Positions 27,355-40,500 of a stretch of 64,000 nt of DNA are shown in pieces. Source of the stretch: Eledone cirrhosa (Eukaryota); the NCBI GenBank assembly GCA_964016885.1, contig OZ024740.1:131936001-132000000 (forward strand). The letters run 5' to 3'. Both the position numbers and the translations under genes were made by a program. A model generated the notes under the pieces. That model had not been told where the DNA came from. It saw nothing but the letters and a program-made list of their open reading frames with translations, and searched no databases. How positions within the stretch are numbered: position 1 is the first letter of the stretch; the number at the start of each line of letters is the position of its first letter.

Positions 27355-29324
27355 ATGGCTAATTCCCCTCTGCACGAAGCAGCTGAAAGCCTTCCTCACA
27401 AAATAACACCTCACACCGACACCACCATTGTAAATGTTACTACGTTTGCCAACACAAAAAAAAATATAAGCAGTAGCAATATTTTAAATTTGTCTCAGGC
27501 AGACATTCATTTCCCGCCATTACCAATGACTGCAGGTGTTAAAGCCTCCACCACCACCACCACCGCGACAACCACCACCCCCACCACCATCGCGACAACA
27601 GAAACAAAAGAAGAAAAAAATAAATTAACTCGTGATGTCGAAATGAAATCAAGCAAAATGGACTCTTCCGCACCAAAGACGACTGACGTCACCACCACCA
27701 CAACTGAAACTAAAATTAATATTAACGATAGCAACAACAACAACAACAATGACATTATAAAACCGACCCTCAGTTTCGCCATCGTAGCAAAACAATTCGA
27801 AGCGTTCACGGTAACTCAAGAAGATTTAGAAAATGCCAAACAAATGGTAAAGAAAGATGGGTACAGGGTCAGCCTCACCCCCCACCTAATAAAATGGAGC
27901 ATCGGCGCCTGTGCACCGTGTCGTATAGAACAATAAATGTAAAATCGCGCCGAGTGGAACGGGCATCCGAGTCCCAAATCCAAAAAGCTTTGGGACATGT
28001 GTGGGCAAGAAAAACCCACATCAGACGTGGGCAAAAGTATGGAACCGTGGATGTGTTCTTTGAAACACCAGAGGAGGCTAGAGAACACTCCATGGCCCCA
28101 TTAAAAAGTGACGACCTCACACTCGTCCCAAGCTATTGTGGCCAGAGACTCGTAAAGGTCAGGGTGACCCACGTTCCACCGGCCATCGAAATTCCCTGGC
28201 TAATAGCGGCTGTCCTCGCCGGCATCGAGGCCAACACGAAAATAATAGCAGTAGCAAAAGAAAAGCAGGAAAACTGGTCCGGATCTGTAATGGAGCTCCT
28301 GATCCAAGCGGACCAAAAAAGCATTGAGGAGATCCCAGAGGTAATAGACCTCACGGTAATTGTCGAGGGCAGAAGACCTAGGTGTGTCGTTTGTGGTGAA
28401 GGAACCCACCTAAGGGCTTTCTGCCCTCAGGCTAAAAGGTTGAGGCCACCTCTCCTACCCACCCCAGTGACACAACCATCAACACCACCAGTAGCAGAGA
28501 TGACAGCAACAACTGTAGCAGCAACAACAGAAGCAACTATAACAGCAACAACCCCAGCAACAGTAGCAAAACCAACACCACTACCACCACCAGCAAAACC
28601 AACACCACCACCACCCAACGCTTCAGAACTAGCACCAGCGCCTACACCATCCACCACACCACAACCAAAACTAACGGCTGTGGAGGATTTTCCACTCCCC
28701 GGCCTATCACAACTGGAGACAGATTGTGTCGACGAGGAGTGGGAAACGATATCCGGAAAAAAAAAAAGAAATCAAAAAAGAAAAAATTCTCTTCCTTCCC
28801 CCTCCAGAAACAAAATACAGAGGGAAACAAATAAACTAAGAAACAAAAAAGTTAGGACAGATATGCCACCATCCACACCAGCATCACCAACACCATCAAC
28901 CCAAACACCAACACCCTCACCATCATTATCCCCAGCACCACCATCACCTACACCACAAAAGTCACCAAAATGCGAAACAGAAACAAACCCACAACAAACG
29001 CAAACAAAACAAAACAACCGAAACGATACACACTACACAGCATTAAATTTGAACAACAAGCAATTATTACACTACATCCAACACAACACCAGCATCACAG
29101 AAAAAGACTACACAACAACCCCAAAATTCACACCACCTCCACACATACAAATCACTCGCATCACACAGAAAACGTACATGACACTAAAACAAAAATTCCC
29201 CAAAGACATCGGAGACTTCCGACAAGCACTCTCCAGGAGGATTTATAAGGACATCCTTCCTGAGGAGGCCACAAGCAGTGAAAAGGATGGTAAAGCCGTC
29301 CTTCCCCTACGAGAAGTAAGGTAA
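27355..29324 (+). pseudogene. Tx1 ORF1 (RRM-like + CCHC knuckle, Pro/Thr-rich), one frameshift near 27880
   Basis: ORFs 27355-27936 and 27894-29324; CVVCGEGTHLRAFC knuckle; basic WETISGKKKR segment. Confidence 0.85.
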
Positions 29325-29358
29325 GTGGTCTTTCCCATCTTTTCCACTCCTTTTCAAC

Positions 29359-32300
29359 ATGACCTCACTCAGAATAGGCAGCATAAATGCGCGTGGCTTG
29401 GGGTCGTCATGGAAGCAGGGCCACCTGCTCAACGACCTCAGGTCACTAAACATAGATGTAGTGGCCATCAGCGAGACCAGAATCTCCGAAGCACAGGCTT
29501 TCGCACCGATCTTCGGCGGCTACGATGTGTACGCATCTCCCAGCCGTCCGGGATCAGGGGGAGGAGTTGCTGTGCTTTTTCGGAAAGGTTTGGATCTTGC
29601 CATACGAGCCATCTTCCTGGACCCAGAAGGTAAGTTGGTGGTGCTGGACGTGACCAGCGGAGACGGGCAAGCTTTCAGGTTAGTGGCCGTCTATGCCCCG
29701 ACAGGAGCAGGGCGGCCTGATTATTTCCGGCGTCTGGAGACCTTTCTTGGAACGTCCCGCTCTTTAGTGTTAGTGGGCGACTGGAACGGGATCTTAGATG
29801 CACGCTGGGATTGTGTGGGATTAGTGGATAGGGAAGGAGGGTGCAAGAGTCTCACCAACCTGCTCAGACGTTTTGAACTGTCTGACAGGTACCGAATGGA
29901 TTTCCCGAATGTACCAATGTGGACTTGGACAAATCGCATTGGGTCATCCAGATCATATCTAGATAGAGTATTTTGTAGGGAAATAGATAGGTCTAGCATA
30001 GGCTGTCCACAATTCAAGATAGTCAGCTACACGGACCACAAATTCGTGATCTGTGTGCTTGACTTAGATAGGCTTCATAGACGAGGACCCGGCTACTGGA
30101 AGTTAAACGCGTCCTTACCAGCGCGCAAGGCCTACAGAGACCGGATTAGCGAACTAGTTAAGCGGGCGTTGACGGGGGCCATCGTCAACAACAAGTGGTG
30201 GTTTGCTCTGAAAAGAGTAATTACAATAGATTCCATTAGGTTTAGTAAGACTTTAGCAATAGAGAAAAATAGAGCAGAGGGAGAATTAGTTAGAAAATTA
30301 GATGAGGCGCTTAGCAAAGGCATCGCGACCGACGTACTTGCGGCGACATTGGCCCTTGACCAATTCTTCAATGCAAAGCACGAAGGCTGCGTTGTCAGAG
30401 CTAGGGTGCGTGCTCTCAGACACGAGGGGACGAAAGCCGTTCAATGGGCCCGAGTGGCGGAGGCGCGTCGTGGCAACAAAGCCACGATCCGGTCTTTGGT
30501 GGACCACGACGGGCGCATGCTACTCGATCCCGGGCAAATGTGTGAAGCTTTTCAGCGACACTTCGCTCAACTGTTCGGGGGCAGTGGCGGGCCGGATCGA
30601 GGGATGGACTTTAGTGTCTACCTCGACGGACTGCCGCGGCTTTCGGCCACTGAGGCGGAGTGTTGCGAAAAGCCGATAACAACCGCTGAAGTACGGGATG
30701 CAATGACTAGTTGCACAAGGGGTAAATCGCCTGGTTTGGATGGTCTGCCCTATGAACTTTACGTACAAATGCCAAACTTGTTCGGAGGCCTCTTGGCGGA
30801 CGTCTACTGCAACTGGCAACAGAACGGGAGAATTACCAGCTCTGTGAGCCGAGGAGCGGTGGCGCTGCTGAGAAAGGATCCGAACAAGGGGATAACATAG
30901 ATAATTTTAGGCCCATAACTCTGCTAAACACAGAGTTCAAGATTTTGGCCAAGGTGCTAGCAAAAAGGTTGGCGCTTGTCGTTGGTGGTCTGGTGGGAGA
31001 GGCACAGACATGCGCCATTCCCGACAGATCCATCCACGACAACCTCCACCTCATGCGATACATCGTAGAGAGGGTAGCTAGGGAACCTGGCACGGGTGGG
31101 TCTTTGATCAATTTAGATCAGTCGAAAGCCTTCGATAGGGTCGACCATCGTTACCTAACGGCAGTCCTGAGGGCGGCTGGCTTTGGGCCTGTCTTCAGAG
31201 GCTGGATCGCTGCCATGCACAGCGACATCTGCTCTGTAGTGAGATTGAACGGTCACCTTTCGGAACCGTTCAACATCATGCGCTCGGTCCGCCAAGGATG
31301 TCCCCTCTCGTCCCTATTGTACGTATTGACTCTCGAGCCATTACTGCACAAACAGGAGACGTTGAGGGGGGTCCCGCGCGAACTAGGATGCGGAAGATCC
31401 GTGTCAGCATATGCCGACGATGTCACCGTAGTGGTGTCGAACGCCAAACACATCGAGGCGATCGGCACTACACTAAGAGAATACGAAGCGGTGACAGGAG
31501 CAATGATCAACCAGGAAAAGTCAGTGGGCCTGCAGCTCGGCACCTGGAGAGGCAGGTCCATGCCGTCCAACAGCGTCGTCGGGCGCTGGACGGACGGACC
31601 GGTTAAATTTCTAGGGGTCTGGTTCGGTCCAGACCTCCTGACGGACAAAAACTGGGACGAGGTGACGAGCAGGGTGGCTTCTCTCACCCAGAAATGGGCC
31701 GAGAGGAAGCTATCCCTGAAAGGTCGAGCGGAGGTGGCGAATGCGTACATCGCATCCGTCATCTACTACCGCCTGACCGTCGTAACTTGTCCTAAGCCCC
31801 GCCTGACTGCGCTGGAGCGTTTGCTCTTTCGCTTTTTGTGGAAGGGACGCGCTCCGATGGTCAGGCGGTCCATCTGCTGTCAACACCCGCTACGTGGAGG
31901 GCTGGGCATGCCGTGGCTGATGATGCGCAGACACGTGCTCAGGCTACGACATCTCCACCTCTTCCTCCACGGTGATCAGGTGTGGTCGCCGTTTGCAAGA
32001 CACGTTTTTCCCCAGCTCGTCTCCTTGACGGAGCTGCAGTCCTGGGTCAAGCGAAGACCGAGAGGGAGCGCTTGGAGACTGGAATGTCTTCAGGCGCTCA
32101 CAGCCCTCGACCAAACGGGCAATGTGATCGGTGGAAACTCCACCTTGGCGTTCTATAGGGCATTAGTGGAGGGGAAGAGCGACGACGTACTTGGAGAAAC
32201 TCTAGGCGTCGACGAAAATCAACTAGCCAATCTCTTCGGAAGGACTTTCGGGACGGGGCCTATGCACAACTTCCAGAAATCCCTGGCCTGGCAGTGCTAC

Positions 32301-32777
32301 CGAGGAGCTTTGCCAGTTCGGGATAAACTCTACAGGCATGGAGGTGCCGTCAGCCGGGCATGTCCGAGATGCGCGCAGGGCGACGAAACCGTCCTGCACG
32401 CACTCGTCCAGTGTCCGAGCATTGCTAACTTGTGGGTTTATGTCGAACACCTGCTGTCACGTGTAGGACGGATCCAGCTATCAGCTGAGTCCATCGTGAG
32501 GATTGCCCCGCCCCCTTCCTTTAGCCTGGAAGGGCAGGCAGTTTTTATCTGTCTGGTGGCCATGGCGAAAGAGATAGTATGGTGGACACGTTTGAAAGGG
32601 CTGAGGACGAGCACTTACCTCTTCGGTGATGCCCTGATTAACTTTTTCAAATTTCATTTGAAAAGGAAAATCAGGGTAGAGAGGGAAGTGCTCTCTTCCC
32701 AGCATTTTGTTGAAAGATGGGTGAGAGAAGCAAGTATGGCCCGAATGAATGGGCCTTCTCTGAGTATGTGTCTGTAA
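29359..32777 (+). pseudogene. Tx1 ORF2 (APE endonuclease, RT, C-terminal zinc finger), one frameshift near 30888
   Basis: INARG, SETR, GDWN, YLDR, TDH; KSPGLDG, DQSKAFDRV, VRQGCPLS, YADD; CPRCAQGDETVLHALVQC. Confidence 0.92.
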
Positions 32778-33042
32778 ATTAAAGGTGGAAAACTGGGAGA
32801 GGGCACTTGCCCTGGTGGTCAGGGCCACTGTGGTCTTTTAATGGGCTTTCTCCACAAATGTCCCTTGGAAGTCTCCCCCCTATTGGGGAATTTTTCTTTG
32901 TTATTTTATTTCAACCTCTGTTTTTTTACACGCAGAAATGCCCATTTGTACCGTCCTGTATTGTCCTGTACTGTCCTTAATGTCTACTTTATGTGAACCC
33001 TTTTGGTTAATAAAGAAAACATTATTATTATTATTATTGTTA

Positions 33043-33076
<34 letters not shown>

Positions 33077-33077
<1 letters not shown>

Positions 33078-33136
33078 TGCGCATTGCAACCTGAATGAAT
33101 CTGACATCTCAAAAATAGAACATTCTGAAAATAATG
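33077..33136 (+). repeat. 60-bp direct repeat, copy 2
   Basis: Matches 26911-26970. Confidence 0.9.
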
Positions 33137-33390
33137 GAAGTCAGGGTGGCCGTAGTGTTTTGTGTGGTTTTCGCCACGAGTAACCCTCGGAGATTTCCCC
33201 CATATTGGGGAATTTTTCATTGTTTAATTTTCATTTTATTGTTTATATATATATGTGTTTGTCTTTTTTCTTTTCTTATATAAATAATAAAAATATTTAT
33301 ACGCACAAAACCCACATCCTACCGACCTGCTCCGTCTGTGATGTTTTTCTTGATGTCAGCCCTTGTGGCCTTGTGCCAAAAGTAGAAACA
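33137..33390 (+). mobile_element. 3' UTR of a divergent Tx1-type family ending in the SINE tail
   Basis: Shares CCCC(A)TATTGGGGAATTTTTC and CCCTTGTGG with the Tx1 3' UTRs, then TGGCCTTGTGCCAAAAGTAGAAACA-(TTA)n. Confidence 0.65.
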
Positions 33391-33420
33391 ATTATTATTA
33401 TTATTATTATTGTTATTACT

Positions 33421-33812
33421 CTTTGAGTCTCAGTCATTGATGTTAGTTAATTGGGAAGTTTGTTGAAATGAAAATCAAGCCACTACCTGCAGCCTCAGAT
33501 ATTCAGGACGTATCGGAGGGTTCTTGCTGTTCCCAGCAAGCATGCCTTTGAAGCGTTCCAAAAAGCGTGAAGGGGCCAATTTTCTTTAACCATCCATGGA
33601 AACTTTTTGAGATAGTCCCTAGTGCGCCTATGACAATCGGGATCACTTTGACTTCATGCAGTTTCAAATCCTTTTTACCTCCCACTTTAAGTCCTGGTAT
33701 CGGTTAATTTTCTCCCTCTCCTTCTCTTGCACTCTCGTGTCGAATGGGCAGGCCACATCCACAATCAGGCACGATCTTTTTTCTTTGTCCACAACCACCA
33801 TGTCAGGTCTAT
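33421..33812 (-). mobile_element. R4/Dong-like RLE LINE family B, 3' stub
   Basis: RPDMVVV...IVDVACPFD...EKINRYQDL...PIVIGALG; same 3' UTR as at 37553, 42525 and 53223. Confidence 0.85.
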
Positions 33813-36800
33813 ATATTATCTGTATCTGCCTTAAGGTGATGCATTCTGTGCGTTGTTAAGAATTTTAGAATGTTTGTATCGAGCCTACGGATCTCTGTGC
33901 TTGACCAGTTGATGACATTCTAACTGTAGGTTACTACTGGTATGGCAAGCGTGTTTATGGCTTCGATCCTATTCCTTGCATTCAATTCCGTTCTTAAGAT
34001 TGCTCTTACTCTGCGGTAACATTCCTTCCTTATCCTTAACCTCATTGTCGAGTGCTTGAATCCGTCTCCTTCACAAACACCTACATATTCATAAGTTTCC
34101 TCTTGATCAAGTTCTCTTACCACATTCCCCCCTCAAGATGAATGTCTGAACCTTTCCGCAGCTTTCCTCTGGTGAATGTTGCTTTGGCCCATTTATCTAG
34201 TCCAAACTCCATGTTAATGTCATCACTGAACTGCTCCACAGTGGATAATAGCCGTTGCAATTGTTCATCATTTTTTGCAAATAGTTTCAGGTCATCCATG
34301 TAGAACAAGTGATTAATGGTTTTGTAATATACTTTATATCCATGTTTTGTTTCATTGAGCATTTTACTTAATGGTATAAGTGTGATTCAGACTAAAAGCG
34401 GTGATAAAGCGTCACCCTGAAAAATTCCACAATTAATATTAACTTCTCCAGCTTCCAGTGATTTTGTTTAACTATTCAAAAGGAGTGTCGTTTTCCATGT
34501 CTTCATACTGAATGACAAAAACCTGCTGACAACGGGAGATATTTTGAAAATCTCTAAACATTTTTCAATTAAACTGTGTGGCGAACTATCGAATGCTTTT
34601 TTATAATCTATCCAAGCCATTGATAGATATTTGTGTCTATTATGAGAATCTTCCAGTATCATTTTGTTAACGAAAAGTTGATCCTTACAGCCATATGAGC
34701 CTCATTTACACACTTTCTGCTCAATGGGAAATAGGTCATTTGTTATCAGGTGCTCATATGTATATTCAGTTAGGACTGATGTTAAAATGTTATACATTGT
34801 GGTCAAGCAAGTTGTCGGTCTGTAATTTATATGATTGTTTGTCTCATCATTCTTCGGAATTAGGAATGTAATGCCGTTAACTAGCCATCGTGGTATCTTT
34901 TCTGGCTCCTTAACTATGTCATTGTAGAGTTGGCCTAACAGCTCATGAGACACTGTGAAGGCATTTATCCAAACATTCTGTATTTTGTCTTTTCCTGGGG
35001 ATTTCCATTTGCTGGTTTTTCTAAGAGCCAAACGCAACTGTACAACTGTTATATTTTCCCATATTTGTTCCTCAAGGTGAGCTGTATCTTTCATTTGTCT
35101 GTCTATCCATGGTGCATGTATATTATGAACTTTTTCTTCGGCCCAGATCTTTTCCCAGAATTCTTGCACTTCATCCTTGGTGGTATTGATTTAGCAGTTA
35201 TTGTTGACTTACCAATTTTTCTGTAGAAGTTTCTTTGCTTGTTTTTGAACATATTATTGTCCTTATAGAATCTAGATCGTTTTTCAAAGCGCCTTATACG
35301 AGCAGCTTTGGCCGACACGTTGTGCTTGATTATTTCTATCAGAATGTCTGTCACTTGTTGATGTTATACTGTACTTTCTTTACAATATTCTAAGTTTAGT
35401 TTGTTTAACATGTTCACCTACATTATAGTGTGTTAAAATGTCTATGTCAGATCGGAGAAGGTTTATTTGGCGATTGATGTTCTCTTGCCAAGTAGATTTC
35501 TTGTGGGAATTCCTTTGTATTTTCATTTTCACTCCACATAAGTGAGTGGTGACTTTAGCCGATGCATAATAGAGATGATTTAAATCAGTAATGTTTAGTT
35601 TGTTTGTGATGATAATGTTTTTGAGAATTACGTTAGTCTTGTGTATTATCTTTTGGTTCTGTTTGGAGTTCTTGATCTTAGGGAGGGTGTCTCGTTCCTC
35701 CATGTCAGATTCTTTCATTTTCATCCATTCGATCACAATTTCATCGTTCAAGTTGGCAAGTTCATTCTAATTCATTTCTTTACGATCTCATTGTTTTCAT
35801 TTTGAGTTTCATCTTGAGCATGCACTCCCTCCACATTTTCGATCCTTTCTTTAATTTGTTCTGTTGCCAGTGATTCCGCCCCAACCCTGGGATTCGAAGT
35901 GTTACAACTTACCTCGTTTTCACTGACACATGTTTCATTTTCCCTTCGCTGACTTTGTGCTAATAGCTTCATCTGATCAATTTCTATATCAGTTAGTAAC
36001 TTTTTTTTTTACAATATTTCTTCGTATATTGGCTAGTTTGTTACTGTCAATATAGCCTCTGTTTTCGGGATGTTTATTTTTCCAGTTGATATATGTCTGT
36101 TCTGTATTCGATGTATTTGATGGCAGTGTAAATAGCCTCAAGGACATCTTTATTATCTTCCCTTGACAATTTTTCTCTCTTTTTCTTTGGATTTCTTGGT
36201 GGTTCGCATGGAGGGCCAACAGTAGGAGTATTCCGGTTATGGAAGGTCTCCAGCTCCGAAGTGATGGGAAGGTTTGAACCATTAGCTGATTTTTCGACTC
36301 CAGTCTGGTTCCTCTCTGAGGGACGCGGCCCTTTTTGACCCGGGTGACGGCCGATCCGGTATGAGATTTTAAAATTTGACATTTACTTTATTTTGTCGCG
36401 TTTTATCCTTATCCGACAGGGGGTAATCATTTCGTGTTACCACTTCTAGGACGAGTGTCAACACAGACTAGAGGAGTCGTTCTCCCCTAGAGGCACGGCT
36501 ATTCCCTGTCGGCCGCCATCCCGGTATTTCTTGGTCACGGGGTTTTCTTTTTAGTTGTTTAAATTGTTATTATCATGAGTGGTTCCTTAATGTGAGTATT
36601 GCGTGTCTTAAGAATGAAATTATTATTAATAATATAATATACGTTTTGTTGAAATTGCCTGTTATTGTTGTTGGCCATGTCGGTGGTGGTGCTGGGGCTT
36701 TTTATATTGTTGGTGGGAAAGGGGGGAGCCAGTAATGCCATAGCCGTTGACGTTTGGCCGGTGGCCGGGTCACTAAGTCGATCTATGTATATATTTTGCT

Positions 36801-37520
36801 AGCCTCTCCCTTTTCTAGTGATACCGCCACCTTCCCCTGTCTTAAGTTAACAGAAGGTAATGGAGGAATAGTGGTGGTAGCAATGAAGGAGTGGTGGCGG
36901 CGGTGATGGGATAGTGGTAGCAATGATGCATGGAGTGGTGGCGCCGTTGACTATAGTGATGGCGTTGTCGTTACTGAGTTTTGTTGAATAGACTGTAGTT
37001 TGTTTGATCTGTGTATCTATGCGGTTTGTCGCGTATGTTTAATATATGTGTTGACATATTCCCTTAATATTTGTTTAAACATTTTGTGAAAACTTGAGAC
37101 AATAATGATAGTAATTATTATTATTATGCTGAGATTGGTGGTGGTGAAATTGCCGTTATCTGGCTGTTGTATTTAGTGTACACAGAGAGGTGATGGGATA
37201 GGTGGTGTATCTAGTTTGTGGTGTTGGTGAAATTGCTGTTATTTGGCTGTTCTATATAGTGTAGACAGAGGGTGTTTTTTCTTCCATTTATAACCATTTT
37301 CTTTTTTGAATATAAAATTCATAATATAAAATTGAATATTTGAGCGATATAACAGGAAATTATGGATCCGAATTTTCTGAGAGTTGAGTCTGGTGATTTA
37401 TGTATCATTTGTACTAAGAATTGGTATATCACAATAGTTTTAAATATGTTAAAAATCAAAAACTTACGGGGGCGATTTCATGACCTTCTATCCACCACGT
37501 GCGTCTTCTTCGTCCTTCTT
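33813..37520 (-). mobile_element. R4/Dong-like RLE LINE family C, copy 1 (5' end present, RLE/3' end missing, many frameshifts)
   Basis: KKKREKLSREDNK, WKSPGKDKI, NYRPTTCL, WIDYKKAFDS, HLFYMDDLKLF; collinear with 56306-61018. Confidence 0.88.
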
Positions 37521-37552
37521 TATTATTATTATTAGTATTGTTGTTATTACTA

Positions 37553-40500
37553 TTTGAGTCTCAGTCATTGATGTTAGTTAATTGGGAAGTTTGTTGAAAT
37601 GAATATCAAGCCACTACCTGCAGCCTCAGATATTCAAGACGTATCGGAGGGTTCTTGCTGTTCCCAGCAAGCATGCCTTTGAAGCGTTCCAAAAAGCGTG
37701 AAGGGCCCAATTTTCTTTAACCATCCCTGGAAAATTTTTGAGATAGTCCCTAGTGCGCCTATGACAATCGGGATCACCTTGACTTCATGGCAGTTCCAAA
37801 TCCTTTTTACCTCCCACTTTAAGTCCTGGTATCGGTTAATTTTCTACCTCTCCTTCTCTTGCACGCTCGTGTCGAATGGGCAGGCCACATCCACAATCAG
37901 GCACGATCTTTTTTCTTTGTCCACAACCACCATGTCAGGTCTATTGTGTTCCAGTTTCTTGTCCGTCTGTATCCTAAAATCCCACAGCACCTTCACCTGA
38001 TCGTTTTCTATCACCGCCTCTGGCTTATGCTCATACCACTTCTCAGAATGTGGTAAATTGTTTACTTTGCATAGGTGCCAGTGGATCACCCAGCCCATCA
38101 CATCATGTCTCCAGCCCTTATAGTGAGTATGGGCTAGGTGTTTACACTCGGATACAATGTGAGCCACAGTCTCCTCTCTCTCTCTCCACAGATCCTGCAC
38201 AGTGGGCTAGCCTCCGCCTTGTAAATATCGTGTTTCAAACACTTCGTTTTGAGGGCCTGCTCCTGTGCAGCCATTAACATTGCTTCTGTAGCCTTTTTAA
38301 AGTCTCCTCTTTTCAACCAGTTCCATGTCTGTGGATCTCTAAATTCAGTTCTCTCAAAGAAGGTACTATGAAGGGATATTTCCTGAAGGCTGCTCTTTCT
38401 CCTTGATGTTATTTCCTCCTTGGACATGCCCTGGCCTATTATCCCCTCCTTCAGTACAGTTCTGAGCATTGGCTCCTTACTATCAGTCACGTATTTGTGT
38501 AGGTTGTTTTTCTCCATCTGAACACAGTCCTCTATGCTGATAAGACCTCTTCCACGCTCAGATCTCCTTAAGTAGAGTCTTTCGACATCACTCCTCTTGT
38601 GGAACATGTTGTAGATAGTCAATAGCTTCCTTGTTTTTTTAATCCATTTCATTCTTTTCAGCAACATTCCATCTCAGAATTCCCGCACTGTACCTAATAA
38701 TAGACACAGCGCGGGAATTTACTGCACTTATGGCATTCCTACTGTTCAGATGTGACTTTAATACGCTCCTTACTCTCCGAATGTATTAAGTTCTTATCAA
38801 TTTCCTTCATTTTTTTGTTATTGATGTCATCAGCCTCCAGAACGCCCAAATACGTGTATCCTTCTTCAGTGTCAATGTCCTTTATCATATCACCCGTTTG
38901 TACCTGGATTCCGTTACTTCTGCTCAACTTACCTCTCTTCATTACAATGACTCCACACTTACTAATACCAAATTGCATACATATATCATTGGTGAAAATA
39001 CGGACAGTGTCAACAAGCACATCCAACTCCTTCTCACTCTTCCCGAAGAGCTTAAGATCGTCCATGAAGAGGAGGTGATTGATGGTAAGCCCTCCCTTTC
39101 CCAACCTGTGTCCTGCTCTCACTTTTCGCAGTACATTGGTCAGGGGAATCAGGGCAAGGACAAGCAACAGAGGGGACAGACTATCTCCCTGGAAGATACC
39201 TCTCTTGATCTTCACGCTTCCCAAGGATTCTCCACTTGATGTTAACACTGTTTCCCAGGACTTCATACTTTTGCCCAACAACTGTCTGATGTTAGCTGCC
39301 ACCTTGAAGATCTCCAGCCTTTTGGTGATCCAAGAATGAGGCACCATGTCAAATGCCTTTTTGTAGACTATCCATCCCATGGCAAGACCAGTGTGTCTGC
39401 TCTTGCAATTCCTCATTACCATCTTATCAATAAGTAACTGGTCCTTTGTACCACGTGACATCTTTCGGCATCCTTTCTGTTCGTCTGGTAACAAGTTGTT
39501 TGTGTGGAGGTGATGGTAGATTTCCTTAGACATAATGCTTGTCAACAGTTTCCACATTACGGACAGACATGTGATAGGTCTATAGTTGGTAACATCATTA
39601 CCCTTGATTCGGTCTTTCATTATCAGAACTGTGGTACCTTTAATCAACCACTCTGGTACCTCACTTGGCATCAAGCAGTCATTGAAGATGGTTGTCAGTT
39701 TCGGGTGGAGGGATGTTATATTTGTAATCCAATACCCTTGCACACCAACTGGACCTGGTGATTTCCAGTTGGTTAGTTTTTTGGCCTGCCCCTTAACTGT
39801 TTCAACTGTGATACTCAAATCAGTTTGTTGGTGGCCTATTTACTAATCTCCTTCTGTACTGTCTCAATCCACACTGCCTGGTCATTATGTTTAACATCCT
39901 GCTCCCATATTCCTCTCCAGAATGTTTTAGTTTGTTCCGCCTCAGGGATCAAGTCGTTGCCTCTTTCATTATCTTCCAGCTGTCCAAACAGCATCTTCTG
40001 GTTGTTGTCGAACATGCGGTTCTGTCTATACTGGCTGACTCTGTTCTTGTATCGCCTGATTTTTGTACTCTTTGCTACAATGCGTTGCTTCAGTTCCTCT
40101 ATGATAATATTTAGCTTTTTCCACCTAGTTTTGTACTTTATTTCCAGTCTATTTTTAGTGTCTATGTTTTTTAGTGTCCCATTCAGTAGGGACTCAAGCT
40201 TTCCAATGTCATTTCTCATTTCCCTGATTTGACCACTCAGTCGTTTCTTCCACCAAGGCTCTGCTCTTTCGTGTCTGTTGTTTCCTCTCGCTTTTATACC
40301 AAGTAGTTTCCTCACTATATTTGCTGTTGCTTTGAGGATATTGTTACACTGGTGAAGGCTCCTCGCCTCAAGGTATGCGATGATTTTGATTACCTTAGCT
40401 GTTGTTTCTTTTAACTTTTTCCTGTCTACAAATCTTAGGTTCATTGGTCTCCCACTATCATTGTTCAATTCATCTACCACTAAGTTTAGGATATCAACCA

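Larger units (their letters stand above)
27148..33020 (+). mobile_element. Full-length Tx1-clade (L1 group) LINE, copy 1, within (TTA)n
   Basis: ~207-nt 5' UTR, ORF1, ORF2 (APE-RT-zinc finger), 3' UTR with AATAAA. (TTC)n(TTA)n lies upstream and (TTA)n downstream. Confidence 0.93.
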
